Shown here: piece after piece, positions 23,809 to 38,800 of the stretch
How the letters are laid out: each line of letters opens with the position of its first letter
Position numbering within the stretch: the stretch's first letter is position 1
NCBI GenBank assembly: GCA_965113315.1
Contig: OZ220366.1
DNA length: 64,000 bases
Source of the DNA: Podarcis vaucheri
Taxonomy: Eukaryota
Direction: 5' to 3' (one strand)
Position numbers and translations under genes: made by a program
The notes under the pieces: generated by a model
What the model saw: the letters and a program-made list of their open reading frames with translations, nothing else
What the model was told of the DNA's origin: nothing
Database searches by the model: none

Positions 23809-26800
23809 ATACTTCCAAGCCTGGATCAAGCCTAAGAAGGTTTGTTCTTTTCTATACTACTGACCTAAGTATGTGTGGTACAAAGCGGCTAATAAACATT
23901 TGGGGGTAGGCATTTAAGACTTATTAGAAACACTGTCCTACGAAGACTAATGATGCAACTGATATAACATAGTCTGCAGAAGAAATCTAACTGTAGATGT
24001 ACAGTGGTGCCCCGCAAGACGAATGCCTCGCAATACAAAAAACTCGCTAGACGAAAGGTTTTTCCGTTCGCGATTTGCCTCGCAAGATGAATTTCCCCTA
24101 TGGGCTTGCTTCGCAAGACGAAAACGTCTCGCGACTTTTTTTCTTTGACTAAAAACAAAGACATGTTTTGTTTATAAAGTTAATTTATTTTCCCTTACAT
24201 TTTTGAACTGCTCTTTACAGTATGTGTGACTTTAAAGAGCAGTTAATAAACTGTTGTTGTACCAAATTTGGCTTTGTTTGGACTTTTTTTGACCATAGGA
24301 ACGCATTAATTGATTTTCAATGCATTCCTATGGGATTTCATGCTTCGCAAGACGAAAAATTCGCTAGACGACAAAAATTGCGGAACGAATTAATTTCGTC
24401 TTGCGGGGCACCACTGTACAAAAGCACATTTAGTGTTGTACAAGGAAGGTGCTATTGCTGGAAAGCTTTGATTTAATTCAGCATAAATATAATGCTATGA
24501 TAGAATTAGGAATGAAGTACGTAAAAGAACCACTTTTCAAGCATACACCCACATAAGGTTAATCAAGTGAGCTCCTATAATCTTTTGTTATTAAAGAGTC
24601 ATAAATCACATAAGAATATAGGAAGAATGTGCTGTGCTAATGTGCTATGCATTATATATGAACGATTCAACTCAAAATACGAATTCATTTGCAATGCTTT
24701 CTCCAGTGTAAACACACACCTTTAACACAGGTTAAACAAGCAGCGTAAACACACACCTTTAAAACCTTTAATAAAAATCCAGAATTAATTCAAAAGTATG
24801 TCTCTCTTTAAAAACAAAACATGCATTTCAGCACATTAAGAGCACATTAAATAAATGGCATTTCGTTTATACAAAGCAAGTTTCCATTCCTTATTGTATT
24901 CTTCTGCTACAGAAGAGATTACACAAGTTAGAAAGGTATTACACTCGTCTACTGAGTATTAATGACTCAGCTAGTTTAAGAAAGTTGGTCATAAACGATG
25001 TATGTTTTGCTACATAGAGCTGACAAGCTACTGCATTTTCCCCTAATATACATATTTATTAACCTTAAAAACATATCTTTATCTAAGAGGCGGGTTCCTA
25101 AACTGTGGTCCGTGGACCAGCTGTAGTCTGAGCTTCATTTAAATGGTCCATGGCATGTCCACATTAAATATTCATATTGATCCCTAATTGTATGTTTATT
25201 GATTCTTTTATTTCTTATTTTATTGCACAACAATCTGAATTCTATAGAATTCAAATTGTGATGCAATGAAATATGTTATATACAAAACAAAAGAAGCATA
25301 AACATACAATTAAAAATAATACTTCATCCAGCAAAGTGCACTGCAATTGCTACAACAAGCAGAATAATAATTAAGTGATTCCACCAAGACCATCAGCAAT
25401 ATTCAAGTGGTCTATGGGGGAGAAAGTTTGGGACCACTGATCTAAGACATCTGCAGCTGAAAAGAAGAAAATCTCAGGACATGACCACTGCAGTTTGCAA
25501 AATGTAAAAATCTAGATAATAGCACAAACACCAGCATAAGAATATTTTAAAACTATGAACCAGTTCCCACACTACTCACTTTTAAAAATGAGACATACCC
25601 TTTCTAAACACCTTATTAATCCAGCAAAGACCATACTTAACATTTTAAGATCTACATACCTCTAGAGGTCAGAACTTCCCTTCTTTTCTAAGCCAGAAAA
25701 CCCACCCAGCATCACTTACTATAATAGGTCCTGCAGGAAACCAGAGTGCAAACTTCAACAGCCTCCTGCTTGTCATATGAGCTCTGCATCTGAGCTCTAG
25801 TAGCTGATGCAATTTTGCAGCTGCTTCAAGCTTGGGAATACCTCCTGCTAGCAGACTTCCACTGTCTAGCTATCAAAGGAAGGGCTATAGGCTAGTTAGA
25901 CAAAGGGGCAGGAAATCTGAGGCCATGAGGTTTTTCCTTCCTTTCCACTATGATATCCTAACAACACCATTTGTGGATTAATTCGTAACCAAGAGCCACC
26001 TCCCACAAGATTACTTTCTTACCTGGATACAATTTTGAGATTGGATATTTCATGTAACCCACATAAATATAGTCACGTATGATAATTACACACACATTTA
26101 TTTTTTTACGTGTACACCCCACCAAATATATGATATACCACCAAATTCAGCTTCCTGCCTTGTGTTAATAAACATTAAAGTGCTTGTCACATGTGACAAC
26201 CTGCATGTATTACAAACGTGGAATTTCATTCACAAAAAGTGGCATTCATTTAATAAATTTGTAATATGTGAAGCTGTCTTCAGGCAGAAGTTGTAATTAG
26301 TAAACTATTATGGGGAAACCATTGCAATACAGGAACACAAAAGGAAGCTCAGACCTACTTACCTTATCTGTTACTAACCATCAGAAAAATTCTGAAGGGG
26401 TTACACGCTTTCAGTGGAGTGTAAAATGAAAGCACTCATCAAACAACTTTTGAAATGCTTGTCCTCTTAATGCTGAATTGTATTTTTGCACACACAGTTA
26501 CAAAAAAAAACCAACCTCGTCTTCACAGGGCACCCATAAAAATAAACTCATATGTTAATAAGCTCCCAATTGGGATGGGTATCCCAATTAATAATCCAGT
26601 TGTTTAGTCAGTTTAATTTAATTGTTGAGTTCCACTACAATTAAAAGGTAGAACACCTAACATTTCTTTCCATTTAGGATGCCTCCATGCAAACTCTGCA
26701 ACAAGCAAAAATATATTTGAGCATATCATATATTAAGAATTATACGCAGAGGCAGGGCTGCATGTGAAAATGTCGCAAATGGCATTCAGGGAGACTCACA

Positions 26801-29800
26801 ACCAAAGCAAAGGGGCTGTAGTGTTTTATATTCAAGATCATTATTACCACACCCACCCATGATGGGCAAAGGGGGAGCATTTGGGTACAGCAGGTGGTGT
26901 CGAGCTATAATCAAGGCTCTAATTGGGTTCATTCCATATCATGTAAACACTTAAAAAAAAAAAAACACCCCAAGGTAAACATTATCCTGGAAGAGACGCT
27001 CTAATCGCACACAGCTGTGAAGTCAGCATGCCAGCTTTTAGCCTGCAGTGATTCTGCTATTTACAATGTGAAAATGAAAGTTTCACACCTTGCCAGTTTT
27101 ATCACCCTCACTGGACGACTCCAAGACATGCACTTCTGCCTCTTCTGGAGTTGTCTCAGCACAGCTGTCCTGATCATTGCAGAACAAGTGTCCTGTTAGG
27201 ATGAGACAGAAGTGTGAAATAATGGGTTGAACAACAATTCAGAAGTGCAACACAGCAAATACTGTTATGTCATGAGCAAACACAAACACTTTTTAGCTCT
27301 CCAGTGCCATTATTAGAGCACACTTCACTTAGATCACTTGAAACTGCCATTAATGGAGCCTATTACTATTTGCAAAAAGTATACATCAGAGTGGGGTGGG
27401 GTCAGAGTAAAACTGAGTATTTTTCATAGCTTTGTGTGTAGTGTTGCTTGCATGAAACAACAAACATTTATGACACTAGATCTGCGGGAATGGGAGCAGT
27501 AATAATGAGATGACTTGATATATATTTAAAATTACCTACATTCTGCTCTAATAAGTAATACATTATGTTCATATATTGCTTCCAGAAATACCTTGAAGAG
27601 CTCAAAATAAAATACTGTATCTCAGATGGGCACAACAGTACTGCTTTTATTGGTCATTAAATGGTTGTTTTAATTTAATTGTCGTTGGCCACTTGAGTTC
27701 TGCTGAGGTAAGGCAGGCTACTAATGTTTTAAATAAATACATAATGAACAAGTAGTTTGTCAAATGCACCATGCAAATTGCCATGTGATCTACTGGTAAA
27801 TGCCATAGGCTTTTAAAATTCTGCTGGCAAAATTGTTTCTTAACAACCTGAAAATTTGATATAATATTGATATTATTTCATATAATCTGATATAATAGGC
27901 AAACTCACAATTGCTACGTGAGTTTTAAGTCTGTTGATGAAACATGCTGAAGAGAGCAAAACTCAGAAAGAGCAATGGTGTATTTGTTTCATATATGACT
28001 CAAATCAAGAAGATACCTCAAATAATTGATATCAAAGCTGAAGTAAAATCCCTAATTGTTCAACTGGCTTGATTACTTGAGAATAGTTTTTAAATAATTA
28101 TAAAAAAATCTAACACCATGGCACTGAAAATATATTACTTGAATAATAGATTTCATATTTAATCAAAATACTACCTATTCTTTAAAATGCCACCGACATA
28201 TCCAATCTTGTTTGAGCAGCTTCATTTTGTCTACTATGATCAACAGTCCCTTTAAAGCCTTGTGGAATCTCACCCTATTCTGATGAGCCTAACACTTTTT
28301 ATAGTTATCTGGGCCCTCTTTCCTGTTATAGGAAAAATGTGCCTTAATCTACTTCCTGCAGTATAGACTCCAGTCCCAGATAGAGAGCAAATGTTCATTT
28401 GGGCCTTAAGTGAACAGCTGAACACATGGAATGCTTTTTACTGTCTGCATCTATTTATTGGAAAACATGTTTGTGTGTACAAATAATTTCTACTGCTTGA
28501 TATCATCAAATCCTTAAGTGGTTTACAAAAAAAGTAATGCAAAAACATTCAATAAAATTTCCTAAAACCAAAACTGTGTGTCACAAATAAAAATGAGTCA
28601 TGTGTTATTGTGCATGTACACACATGCACAAACAAACAAACACACACAGAGCTGTCCCTATCAATTTAATGAAACCATATATTTTTACAATTGCTATTTA
28701 AACACAGTGCAGTAGTGTATGTTTACAGTTCACCTTTTAAAAACTTTTTATGGCACTCTGTAGTACTACGAAACTCTGGAAAAGACACATTCAACAGCGT
28801 GCAACTGCATGCTTCTTGTTCACATGAAACTGCAGCTTCATTTATTGTTCAGTGTGATGTGTGAACCAGACCACTGTGCCCAACCAAAATTGCACCAGGG
28901 ATTTACGCACATGAATTATTCAAGTTACTATCTGGCTTGGATAATATACTGCCCTCAGTGAGGAGCATCTGACAGTGCAGTAAGTCATGTAAGAAGCTTC
29001 CTGGACATGGCCAGAACAATGTTACTTCACAGAAAGTAACAATGTTACTTCACAGAAAGTATGGGGCAGAAAATAAATTCAATAAATGAAATAATAAAAA
29101 AGAAAAAAGTGTAGCTTTAAACTCTGCTGGCTACAAAACGTTCACTCTGGAATCCTTAAAAAGTGAGATTTGAAAACAAGAATGAATGTTATTAAAAATT
29201 CATTTCCTGCTTCTTGAAGCTTTCCCTCCCTATGCTATGCAGTGCAAAGGGGCTCAGGAACAAGGCTGGCTGATGGTCCTGCACCTTGGTGCTTTGCTGA
29301 TATACAGCATGGGGATAGGGGTCAACCATGGAAGCACATTCCTTCTTCCAACCTAATGCACACTTCCAGGAGATTATATCCTGTTCAGGGCTCAAGCAGG
29401 TCAGTTCCCTCTCCCCCTTTTCCGTTTTCCTCAGTTTTTACCTTACACTTCAAACATGTTGTTCCTCAACTGACCTCAACCATAGACTAAATTGTGCTTC
29501 TGCTGCTGCTCTTTTTCTTCTTCTTCTTCTTTTTTGCAGAAGTTGCAAACATCAGTGATATCCCAGAGTTCGTGACTATCTTTCCTACCATGCAAAAAGC
29601 CTTATCTTTTGTGCTGGAAAGCAGAAAAAGGAAAGATCTGGGGAGCTTCCTGTCTAGCTGCTTATTGCGCTTGTGTTTTCACACATAGGTGATATGGCAC
29701 AGCTAGTTATCCCATACTTTCCACTACAATTTCCCATCACTTTTCTCTCAAGACTTTTTGCGGCTTGAAAAGTAACAAGGAAATTGTGCTTAGAAAGTGT

Positions 29801-32800
29801 AGGATAGCAACCAAATTTCATACAAATAGCCTGCCTGTTGGGAAGAACCTGGGCTTTTCTGGTAAAATATTCACACAAACAAGGTGAATCCATTGCTTCC
29901 CTTCCTTTCTTACCTGAACTCTTATTTCACTATGAACATTTAGGACCACAATGACTTAAAAAGCGTATTTCTTAGGATTTGTTTGTGCTTGTTTTGCCAC
30001 TAGGATACTGCAAGTTTCCTGGTGAACACAGTAGTGTATGAAAGATGTTATAGTCTGTGGGCATACAAGGACATGCTTTGAACACCTGCTGTCGGAGTCT
30101 AATACCTCAGTCAGTATGAACTGCATGTTCAAAAGGTCCATTCCTCACTGCATCATTAAGAACATTTTCATCTTTGTTCTGTTATTAACCAAGCATGTTC
30201 AGTGGACAAATGAATCCTACACAGAACCGCTTTCACCTAGGACACTGCTGACATCTTGTGGCAAAACAGAGAGACACTTTCGAAAGCTGCCATAGCCCAA
30301 AAACTAAGCAACGTTTGGAACTTTTTAAATGTATCAATGTTTGCATCAGGTTTGCCTGGCAGTAGTATACATGAAGAAGTGTTTTTTTTTTAAAAAATAA
30401 AAATAAAAAGATGTTTGGAAGAGAGGTGAAGGAAGACACCGCAAGAGAAACATAAGATTAAAAAAAGTATCCTTTAAAATTGCAGCAGCTTCTGTTTTTG
30501 AAAGCAGCAAGTCTCTTTTATAGAACTGAAGAGTTGGAAGATTCAAAAATGTAAGCCCACAATGCTAGTAAACATGGGTACCTTGGCTATTGCCAACAGA
30601 GCGCAATGGACTGTCGGTCAGGTCGAGTGAACCATCTGTGCGGCGTTGTGGCAGCTGCATTAGTTTCTGCCCTGCCTGTCTCTCAGGATAAGTCCGTACT
30701 GTAAGGCACAGAGAAGGCTGAACAAGAACATCTCTTAGCATGGCTGAATTCAAGTCTTCAGCAGCTTTCTTATTGATTTCAACGATCTCATCACCAGCTT
30801 TCAGGCCTGCAAAGAGAAAGCAGAAAATCAAGAGTCGTACTCAAAGTTATCCATCAGATTTGGATTTCTATTCAGAATTTAAGATTTCATGTCTGCCTAA
30901 GGTGGGATTGGCTAACCTGTGGTCCTCCAGATGTTGGGGGACTCCAGCTCCCATCAGCCCCAGTCAGGAATGATGGGAGTTGGAGTCAAGAAGCATCTGG
31001 AGGGCCACTTCTGGCCTATATGCTATTTCTTTCAAACAAGAAACTTTTCGTTACTGAAAACCCCTTTTAGGGCACAAACCACAAAGATGTGCTGTAATGA
31101 TACAACAGCCCAGTCCAGCCAAGCCAAGTGTGTCTGGCAACATGAGGCTCAGTCCAGAATGGAAGCGTTCTGGGTACTGTGCTCCATGTTTTACAATCTT
31201 GATTTTATTTGTCCATTCAATCATTTTATTAGAAAATAAGAATTATGTACATTTTACAAGTGGAAAAACTAAAACCAAGAAAGGTAAGTAACTCACCCAA
31301 GAGCATTATGTCAGTTCATGACTGAACAGGGAGCTGAGCCCCTTATAATTTATTTAGTTTTGCAAGAATACTAAAATTATGTTGTAATGATTGTGTGAAG
31401 GTTTCCAATGGTAGGATAAATGTCATAATTTAAAAAAAAAAATTTCAAAAGAAATGTATATTGCTGTCCAGTTTTCAAAGTTCTCACGTTAAGATATTCA
31501 TGTTCTCAAAACATGCATGTAGATAGATATTTGAAAAAGAAATAACCATAATGTGATTTATCCCTGCCCCAACCCTCTTCGGAGGTTACTTCTTGTGATC
31601 ATTTGAGTTATTTCTCCTATATCAACATGAAACAAAAGCATCACAAGATATAAAGATGCAGCAAAGGGAAGAATATCAACCTTCAGTGTCCAGAAAGATG
31701 TACAGTGGTACCTCGTTTTACATACTGTCCCCCTTATGAATGCTTTGGGTTACACACTCTGCTAATCCGGAAGTAGATGCCCATTGTTGCAAACTTTGCC
31801 CCAGGATGTGAGTGGAAATCACACACCAGCAGTGTGGCAGCAGCAGGAGGAGCCATTAGTGAAAGCCCAGCTCATGTTATGAGCTGTTTCCGGTTATGAA
31901 CGGACCTCAGGAACGGATTAAGTACATAATACGAGGTACCACTGTATAGTCAACCTTCAACATAACTGTGTTACCAGCTTTACAATAAATTCATCTTTTA
32001 AAATTAAGAGACAGACTGAACAGTATCATAATTTGGAAGGTACCGGAGTTACACTTTTTGTCACCATTCCTAAATGATTTTTGTCATAGGTGCAATGGAG
32101 ATCTGGTATAATCTTGAATAGCAGAAATAGGAAAGGGCTCATTTTGTTGAACACTGGAAAAGTTTTAAAGGGAAATACAACACCCCCTGGCACCCTACCT
32201 TTTTTGAAAGCCAGGCCTGTCTCTTTGACACTGTTTACATGGAGCCGCCGAATCCCCTCTTCTTCCACAGAGGACAGAGAAAAGCCTGTTGAAATACCCA
32301 GTGGCAAAACTGAGAACCATTTGATTTAATTTCACAAAAAGATCCATTCCATTAACTTTGCTTTAATCAAGTAAAACCATTTCTTTACCCTGTCAAATCT
32401 GACCAAACTCCCACCATTATTCATATAGTCTGTATGGAAATAATCTATGCAAGTTGCTCTCTAAAACAGAATACCACACTCCATGATGACGACAATAATA
32501 CATGGTTTTTTTTATTTGTTTTGGGCAAAACATTATGGTTCTGTTTTCCGGATTCTGCACGTGCATGATACACAGAGAAAAAAGTGAATATATTAAGCAA
32601 AACATAGATCTCACTTACACTGAATTGTGTAATACACAGGCCTGACCAAGATTAAAGCCATGTTACCACTCCACATATTATACTTCTTCTAAATGTGGTA
32701 AGGCACAAGTGGCTCACATATATTTAAAACTGTGGGGGTGGGAGAAAGGGAAACAGACGCAGAGATACAGAGTGTTTCAGGGAAATGTTTTTTCAGGAAA

Positions 32801-35800
32801 ATAACTGCCAACACCTGGATTAGATGTGTGCATCATACTTGATATCTGCATTTGACTTTGTCCTGCCTCGAGGTACATTCCGTTTGTATCATCTGCTCCA
32901 AAGTATGCAGGATGTAAATACATGTTAACTATCATGCATTATTTATTGCTTTCTCTAAAACGAGGCATTTGCTGCTCTGAAATTCGATGGCTTCCTAGGG
33001 AGATGTAGGCAGCAGCTTGCCTTTTTGTTTATTAAGCAAAATATTTATGACCCTCCTGGGGGAAATATATTTAACATAGTATTGGCCATTAGCTATAAGG
33101 AAGCAGATGTGATAGGATCCAATTCTCAATCAAACTGCCTTCAAAGTAATTTTTGTAGAGGGAAAGATACTTTCATTCATCACTTTCGAAAGAGAAAGGA
33201 CAAAGAAAAGACAGTAGAATATCATTGTGTACTACGAAATACAGAAATCTCATTGTGTTTAGAGATTCAAAGCCAGCAAGAAAGGGTAATCTTAGATAAT
33301 ATATTCACTATGAACAGGACTGCCTAATGGAAGCCCAGCAGGAAAAAATGAGACCGTTGAATTATCACAGCTTCAGAGATGGATATTTGTGGTATAAAGG
33401 CAAAAATTGGTTGGGTTCAGGTGACTAGCACTAGGCAGTGTCTACATAACAAAGAAGTCAGTAGTTGTACATACTTTTAAAAAGGAGGGGGGTTTAATAA
33501 ATTGCAATGCAAGCTAAACCATAACTACTCAGAAGTACGTCCTATTGAATACAATGGGGCTTAATCCCAGGTAAATTGGGTTAAGATGGCAACCTTATTT
33601 GCTAATGACCAACACATAATTTCTGTTAGAAGTATGTAAGCTACTTTAATGTGGGCAAGTAATTAAAAGTTTAAGTAATTTAACCCTGATGGTTTTATGT
33701 TATTTTTAATTTTCTATTGCTCTGTTCACTTTTACATTTAACAATTATGTATTGCTGTAGAGTTAATAATGTTGTTTGATTGTTCTTGTTTGTGATCGCT
33801 TTATTCTAAGCTGCTTTGGGGTAATCTTTGATCCTGAAAAGTGGCACAAGAGTCATTTACAATAAATGAATATCTTCTGCCGAAAGAAAAGGCAGACCTT
33901 GAAAAAAGTCTTTCTTGGGGATGATGCTGTGACTTGCTTAGTGTGAAAAGTCTTTATTTATTTAGCAAAGAGAGGCTTGATTCCTGGAAGGACTCATCTC
34001 TTGAAATGGCCAGCCTTTGCACTTAAAATCAACCCTCATGAAAATCTAGCACACCACTTCAGGCAAGACAAAAATGGCAGATTTGCCATGTTTCATTAGA
34101 AGGCTTAATACTGAGGCACACACTGTGACAGCTACGTGAATGACAGTCCTGAGATTTGACCACAGATGGTTTATTCAATAAATCTTCTGAAGATGTATTT
34201 AAAAGCATGCTTAGATATGTAAAGGCAAATATATATATATATATATAAATGTCAAACTCACCATAGTTATCAGACGACGTGTCAGATTTTTCAATCCGAA
34301 TTTGCAGTGTAATTTTCTCACAGATTTCAATTTCTTTATACAACTGAAAATGCAAAAAGAGAGAGTAAGAGTCTGTTGTGAGGACATATATTGTCAGTTG
34401 TTATTTTTTCACACAGTCTCCTTTTAAAATTAAGAGTGAAGACAAAGATGTCTAAAGAAGAACCACAGCAATGTGAAGAGAATCTTGCGTTTCTCATTTT
34501 GTATTGTTATGTTGTGTTCTTCAGATGAAGGGCAGTATACAAATTTAATAAAAATAAGAACTTGGCAGATCATACTGCTAAATTAAATACTGGTTCACAA
34601 CGTCATTGTTGACAGAAGGTGGTGGGAAAGGGATGGGTCTGCACTGAGGAGCAAGCTGAACTGCATGAATCAGAGTATATGCATATCTATACTCTGGTAT
34701 ACGCATAGCATTTCTAAAGAACAACAGTGAATTACTGCAGAAGTGTTGAGCTTCACTTTCAGCTGTTTAGATTTTCAGCCACAACCCTAGATTTCTCCTC
34801 AGAAGCAAGCTCCACTGAGCTCAATGGGACTTACTCCAAGGCAAGCACATACAGTCGTACCTTGGTTCTCAAACGGAATCTGTTCTGGAAGTCTGTTCAA
34901 CTTCTGAAAATGTTTGAAAACCAAGGCGCAGCTTCCTGCACTCAATCGGAAGCCATTGAAGCTGCGTCAGACGTTCAGCTTCCAAAAAAAAGTTTGAAAA
35001 CCAGAACATTCACTTCCCAGTTTGCGACGTTTGGGAGCCAAAACGTTCGAGTCACAGGGCGTTTGAGAACCAAGGTACAACTGTGTAAGATTGCTGCCTT
35101 GACCTCAGAAATAAAAGCACATAATTTCCCCTTTATCCAGTCGTCCTACTATTCATCTCCACTGGGGGTCAGTATCTACCATCTTTTTCATTGCATCAGA
35201 AATCCACATTTCTTTTCTCCATCTTGCTTGGCAAAGACCACCCCTCAATATCCATGGAAGCTTTCACAATGATGCTCCCTCTGTCTGAGAAAACGTAGAC
35301 CCACCTCCCTTCTTTCCATATACACCAATCACAAGCCATGAATTTTATCACCCTGTTTAAAAGTGAATTACTAAAGTTAGTGTCTCATATAGCAATTAAG
35401 AGTGTTGGACTAGGATTAGAAGGCCTTGGTTCAAATCCTCACCCAGACTTAAAGCCTTCGGCCAGTCTCAAAACTACCCCACAGGGTTGTTGTGAAGAGG
35501 GGAGGACCATTTATACTTCTGTGTGCTCCTTGAAGGGTAGAATTCAAGTGTAATAATAACAACAATAATATCAGAATCAATATCTTTTGTTCCGCCACAC
35601 AAGTAAATTATCTTGTGCTACTAGTTTAAAGTTACTGATCTTTATGAGTATCAATAGCTTGCAATTAATTACCAAAAAAGACCAAGCACTACAACAAGAG
35701 TCTTTTTCTCACAAGAAACGTTGCACAGAATTATTATTGAAGGGTGAGCATTACCAGTTCATAAATATCCTCTTCTGGCTTTGGTATGTAGGATTGCATT

Positions 35801-38800
35801 TGGTTTCCTGTCAGGAACTTAAGACGTAGATAGTGAGCTGAGTAATCCAGCTGATGTGCCTGAAAGGGGGGGGAGGGGGGAGAGAAGGTTACTGCAAGAT
35901 ATAGATAAGAGCACAAGTAACCATTTTCTTTTCATGAAAGATGTTCCTGTAAAATGAAGGGAAGGTCTTTTTGCTTAAAAGGATGTTTTATAAAGATACT
36001 GTCTAAACAACCCCGGAATAATTCTTTATTTGCCACTCAGAAAAGAAATGCTCGCTTATCCCCGTCTTGATATTGCAAAGATAACAGCATTCCTCTGAGT
36101 GGGAAGCCCTGCTGAAGTCCAGCTCTGCTCACCTACAGTGTGGATGAAAATACTGCTGGCGTAGATAAGAAGTTAATTGTATCATAGGAAAAGGGAACGG
36201 CTTGCTCCTAAAATCTGGCACATACAGTAGGAGACCAGGGGTGCTGCTTTCTGAATCTCACCAAAGTTTGCCATCACGTTATCAAATACTTGCTAATTTT
36301 GAATGATAAAGGGCTCCTAAAATTCCAGGCATTACATAATATTATCCCAAAACAGATAACCATGAATGTGTTTACCAGATTCTCTCATTATTTTTTTTTT
36401 AAAAAAGAGTTAGTTATCGTTAGCTGGATGTTATGGCATTTGCACTTCCACCTTCTTATTCCCTATTCCCTACAAGTGGAATTTATATATGCCATTTTAG
36501 AATTACTTCAGAAATCTGAAGCAGTTGAGGAATCCTAAAGCAAAGTCAAACAAGTGCAGCTTCAGCATTGCAGGGCTTGGACTAGATGACCCTTGGGCTC
36601 CTTCCAATTCTATGATTCTTTGATTCTCCTCACAATTAACAGAAGATCCGTTAACAAACAAAAAACGGCCCGCAGAATGGGCCCACATCTGCCTGAAAGG
36701 TAATGAATGTCTGGCTGTCCCACTACTACCATACTATCCCTACCTTTGAACAAACAGCTGCCGCTTCTGGCCCACTGACACAACCACAACTCTTTTCCAC
36801 AGTAGGTAAAAGGACAGTAGTGCAAGGAAAAGTTCAGTGCGGAACAGAAAGCCAACCCAGCTTCCCCTCCTGTATTGAAAGGCTGACAGAAGGATTGGAA
36901 TGTTTCTTCCCAAGGCCGGTGGCAGAAGTAGCAAGGCTGCATCTCTTTCGAAATTAAAACCCCACTAGTTCTCCAATACTCTGGCCTTTGGGGAAATAAC
37001 ATAACAGCATCTGGGTGGGAAGGGAGTGCAAATGAGCGCTGCCATTCATCTACACACCCGAGGGCAATCATTACTTGCCTCAGGCCTGTAGCAAATTCTA
37101 ATCGGAGCCACATCAGCTATTGCATATGACACTGAGTTAACATCAGTCCCAATGTGGCCTACTGCCTCCAAATCTGTTGTGAAGACAGCATCTCTCCTTG
37201 CCTATTAGCACAGTTTTTGACCTAGTCAAAAAGCTCTAGGTTGTTTTTCATTTTCAGGCATCCCCTTCCTTCCCGCCCTCCCCCAATAAACCCAACTGAA
37301 TTTGAACCGTTTTCAGCGTTGATGGAATTGGAAGGCAAGTCAGCTGCGTATCAGCGAACAAAAAGACTTGGTAAAGCCTGCCGCTTGAGAAACGTTCAGA
37401 AATGAAACTTGACAAGGCAGCGCAAGAACAGGCAAACAAAACCACGTGAATGGAACCAATGACCCACTAGCCTCCTTCCGACAGCCTCTTTCTGTCAGTC
37501 AGCAATCAGCAAAAACCTCATGTACATTCCACAGCTCATTCAGCTTTAGAGCTGTCAGGAGAAGCAGTGACTGAAAGGCATGTCAGCGAGATTTACTCCG
37601 ACATGTTAAGAGAACCTACAGGGACTAGTGTCCCAGGCAGCACCAAGCTAACCACACATACCGAGGGCTATATGCTGATGCACAGCAATTTCTAAACTAT
37701 TTACTTTCTTGTGGGGAAAGCCATAGCTCTCTCAGAATAAGGGAGACCTCCAAGAAAAGGTTGGTTGCTATGCCTATCATCATCATCAACTAAAAGGTCT
37801 GGCGGGGCAAGATTTGACCCTCTGGTTCTGAAGTTCAACTTACATACACCTTGTCTCGCAGATGTTCCAAGTTGCATCCACAGCAAACCCGGAAGTAAAC
37901 ACCAGGTTTGCCGTGATTCGTGCATGCGCGGAAGCAGCTTCTGGCGTCTGCACAGAAGCGCACTACTGCCAAATGTGCAAGCGCACAAGACGCCTCTTCT
38001 AGTGTCCCGTTTCGACCAGCAGACGGACCTCCAGAACAGATTATGTCCGCAGAGGTTCCACTGTAAAGCATGGGTTCTACCACTGAGCTACCTTTGTCCC
38101 ACCACCCCAATGCTCAATACACAGCACACTACCCAGACAATCAACACAGTTATAGTAGGACAATAATCCTGGGCATCTATTCATTCTAGCATTTGAAACC
38201 CTTGGGTTCCCACCGTCAAGGGAAGATTTACAACATGGGGAATCTTAACAACACAATCTAGGGCATGAAGGAGTTCACATGAAATGTTTACTATACCAGA
38301 ACTCGACTGGTTCTCAGGTGGCAGGTGGCAAACTGATGTGAAATGATGTGGATCAGAGAATTAAAGGAAAAAGAATGAGCTGAATACAAGAGACAGAAGA
38401 GAGAGATTTATTATTAGATGTTACAGAAAAGAATGCAACCCTAAGTATTTCCCTAAGCTGATAATTTGGTACGGAAAGAAGCAGATTCACAGGTTGAACT
38501 ACAGATCAGTTTAGTCCAGTGGACTTGAAATTAATACAATTCCAACTGTGGCCCAATAGGTTTGTGGCTCAAAGCCTAAAAAGAAGTAGAACATGGGCTT
38601 AGGAATTTATCTTCACAAAATGTAAAGTATAGGGAAAAGAGCAGTCAATATCTGTTGGCTGAGAATCTGGCTTACTGCTTATGTAAAAGTTCTAAAAATA
38701 AAATGATTGCTAAGAACATTTTATAATTGTTGCCTATTGTGTCTTTTTTGAAAGTGTCATCTGCCTTTGGTTACAATGAGACATTTCTCACTGAGAGCGT

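Noticed and set aside
24961-24970. AP-1 motifs TGA(C/G)TCA here and at ~28594, ~59711, ~60664
   Set aside because: 7-mers occur at roughly chance frequency in 64 kb; no clustering that supports an enhancer call.
29192-29690. Cluster of overlapping ORFs and a purine-rich tract as a possible hidden exon
   Set aside because: Minus-strand frames that I checked hit stops, and I found no phase-compatible acceptor and donor pair; low-complexity sequence explains the ORFs.
34727-35272. 181-aa plus-strand ORF
   Set aside because: Runs across a MITE nested in another repeat; no transposase or other motif.
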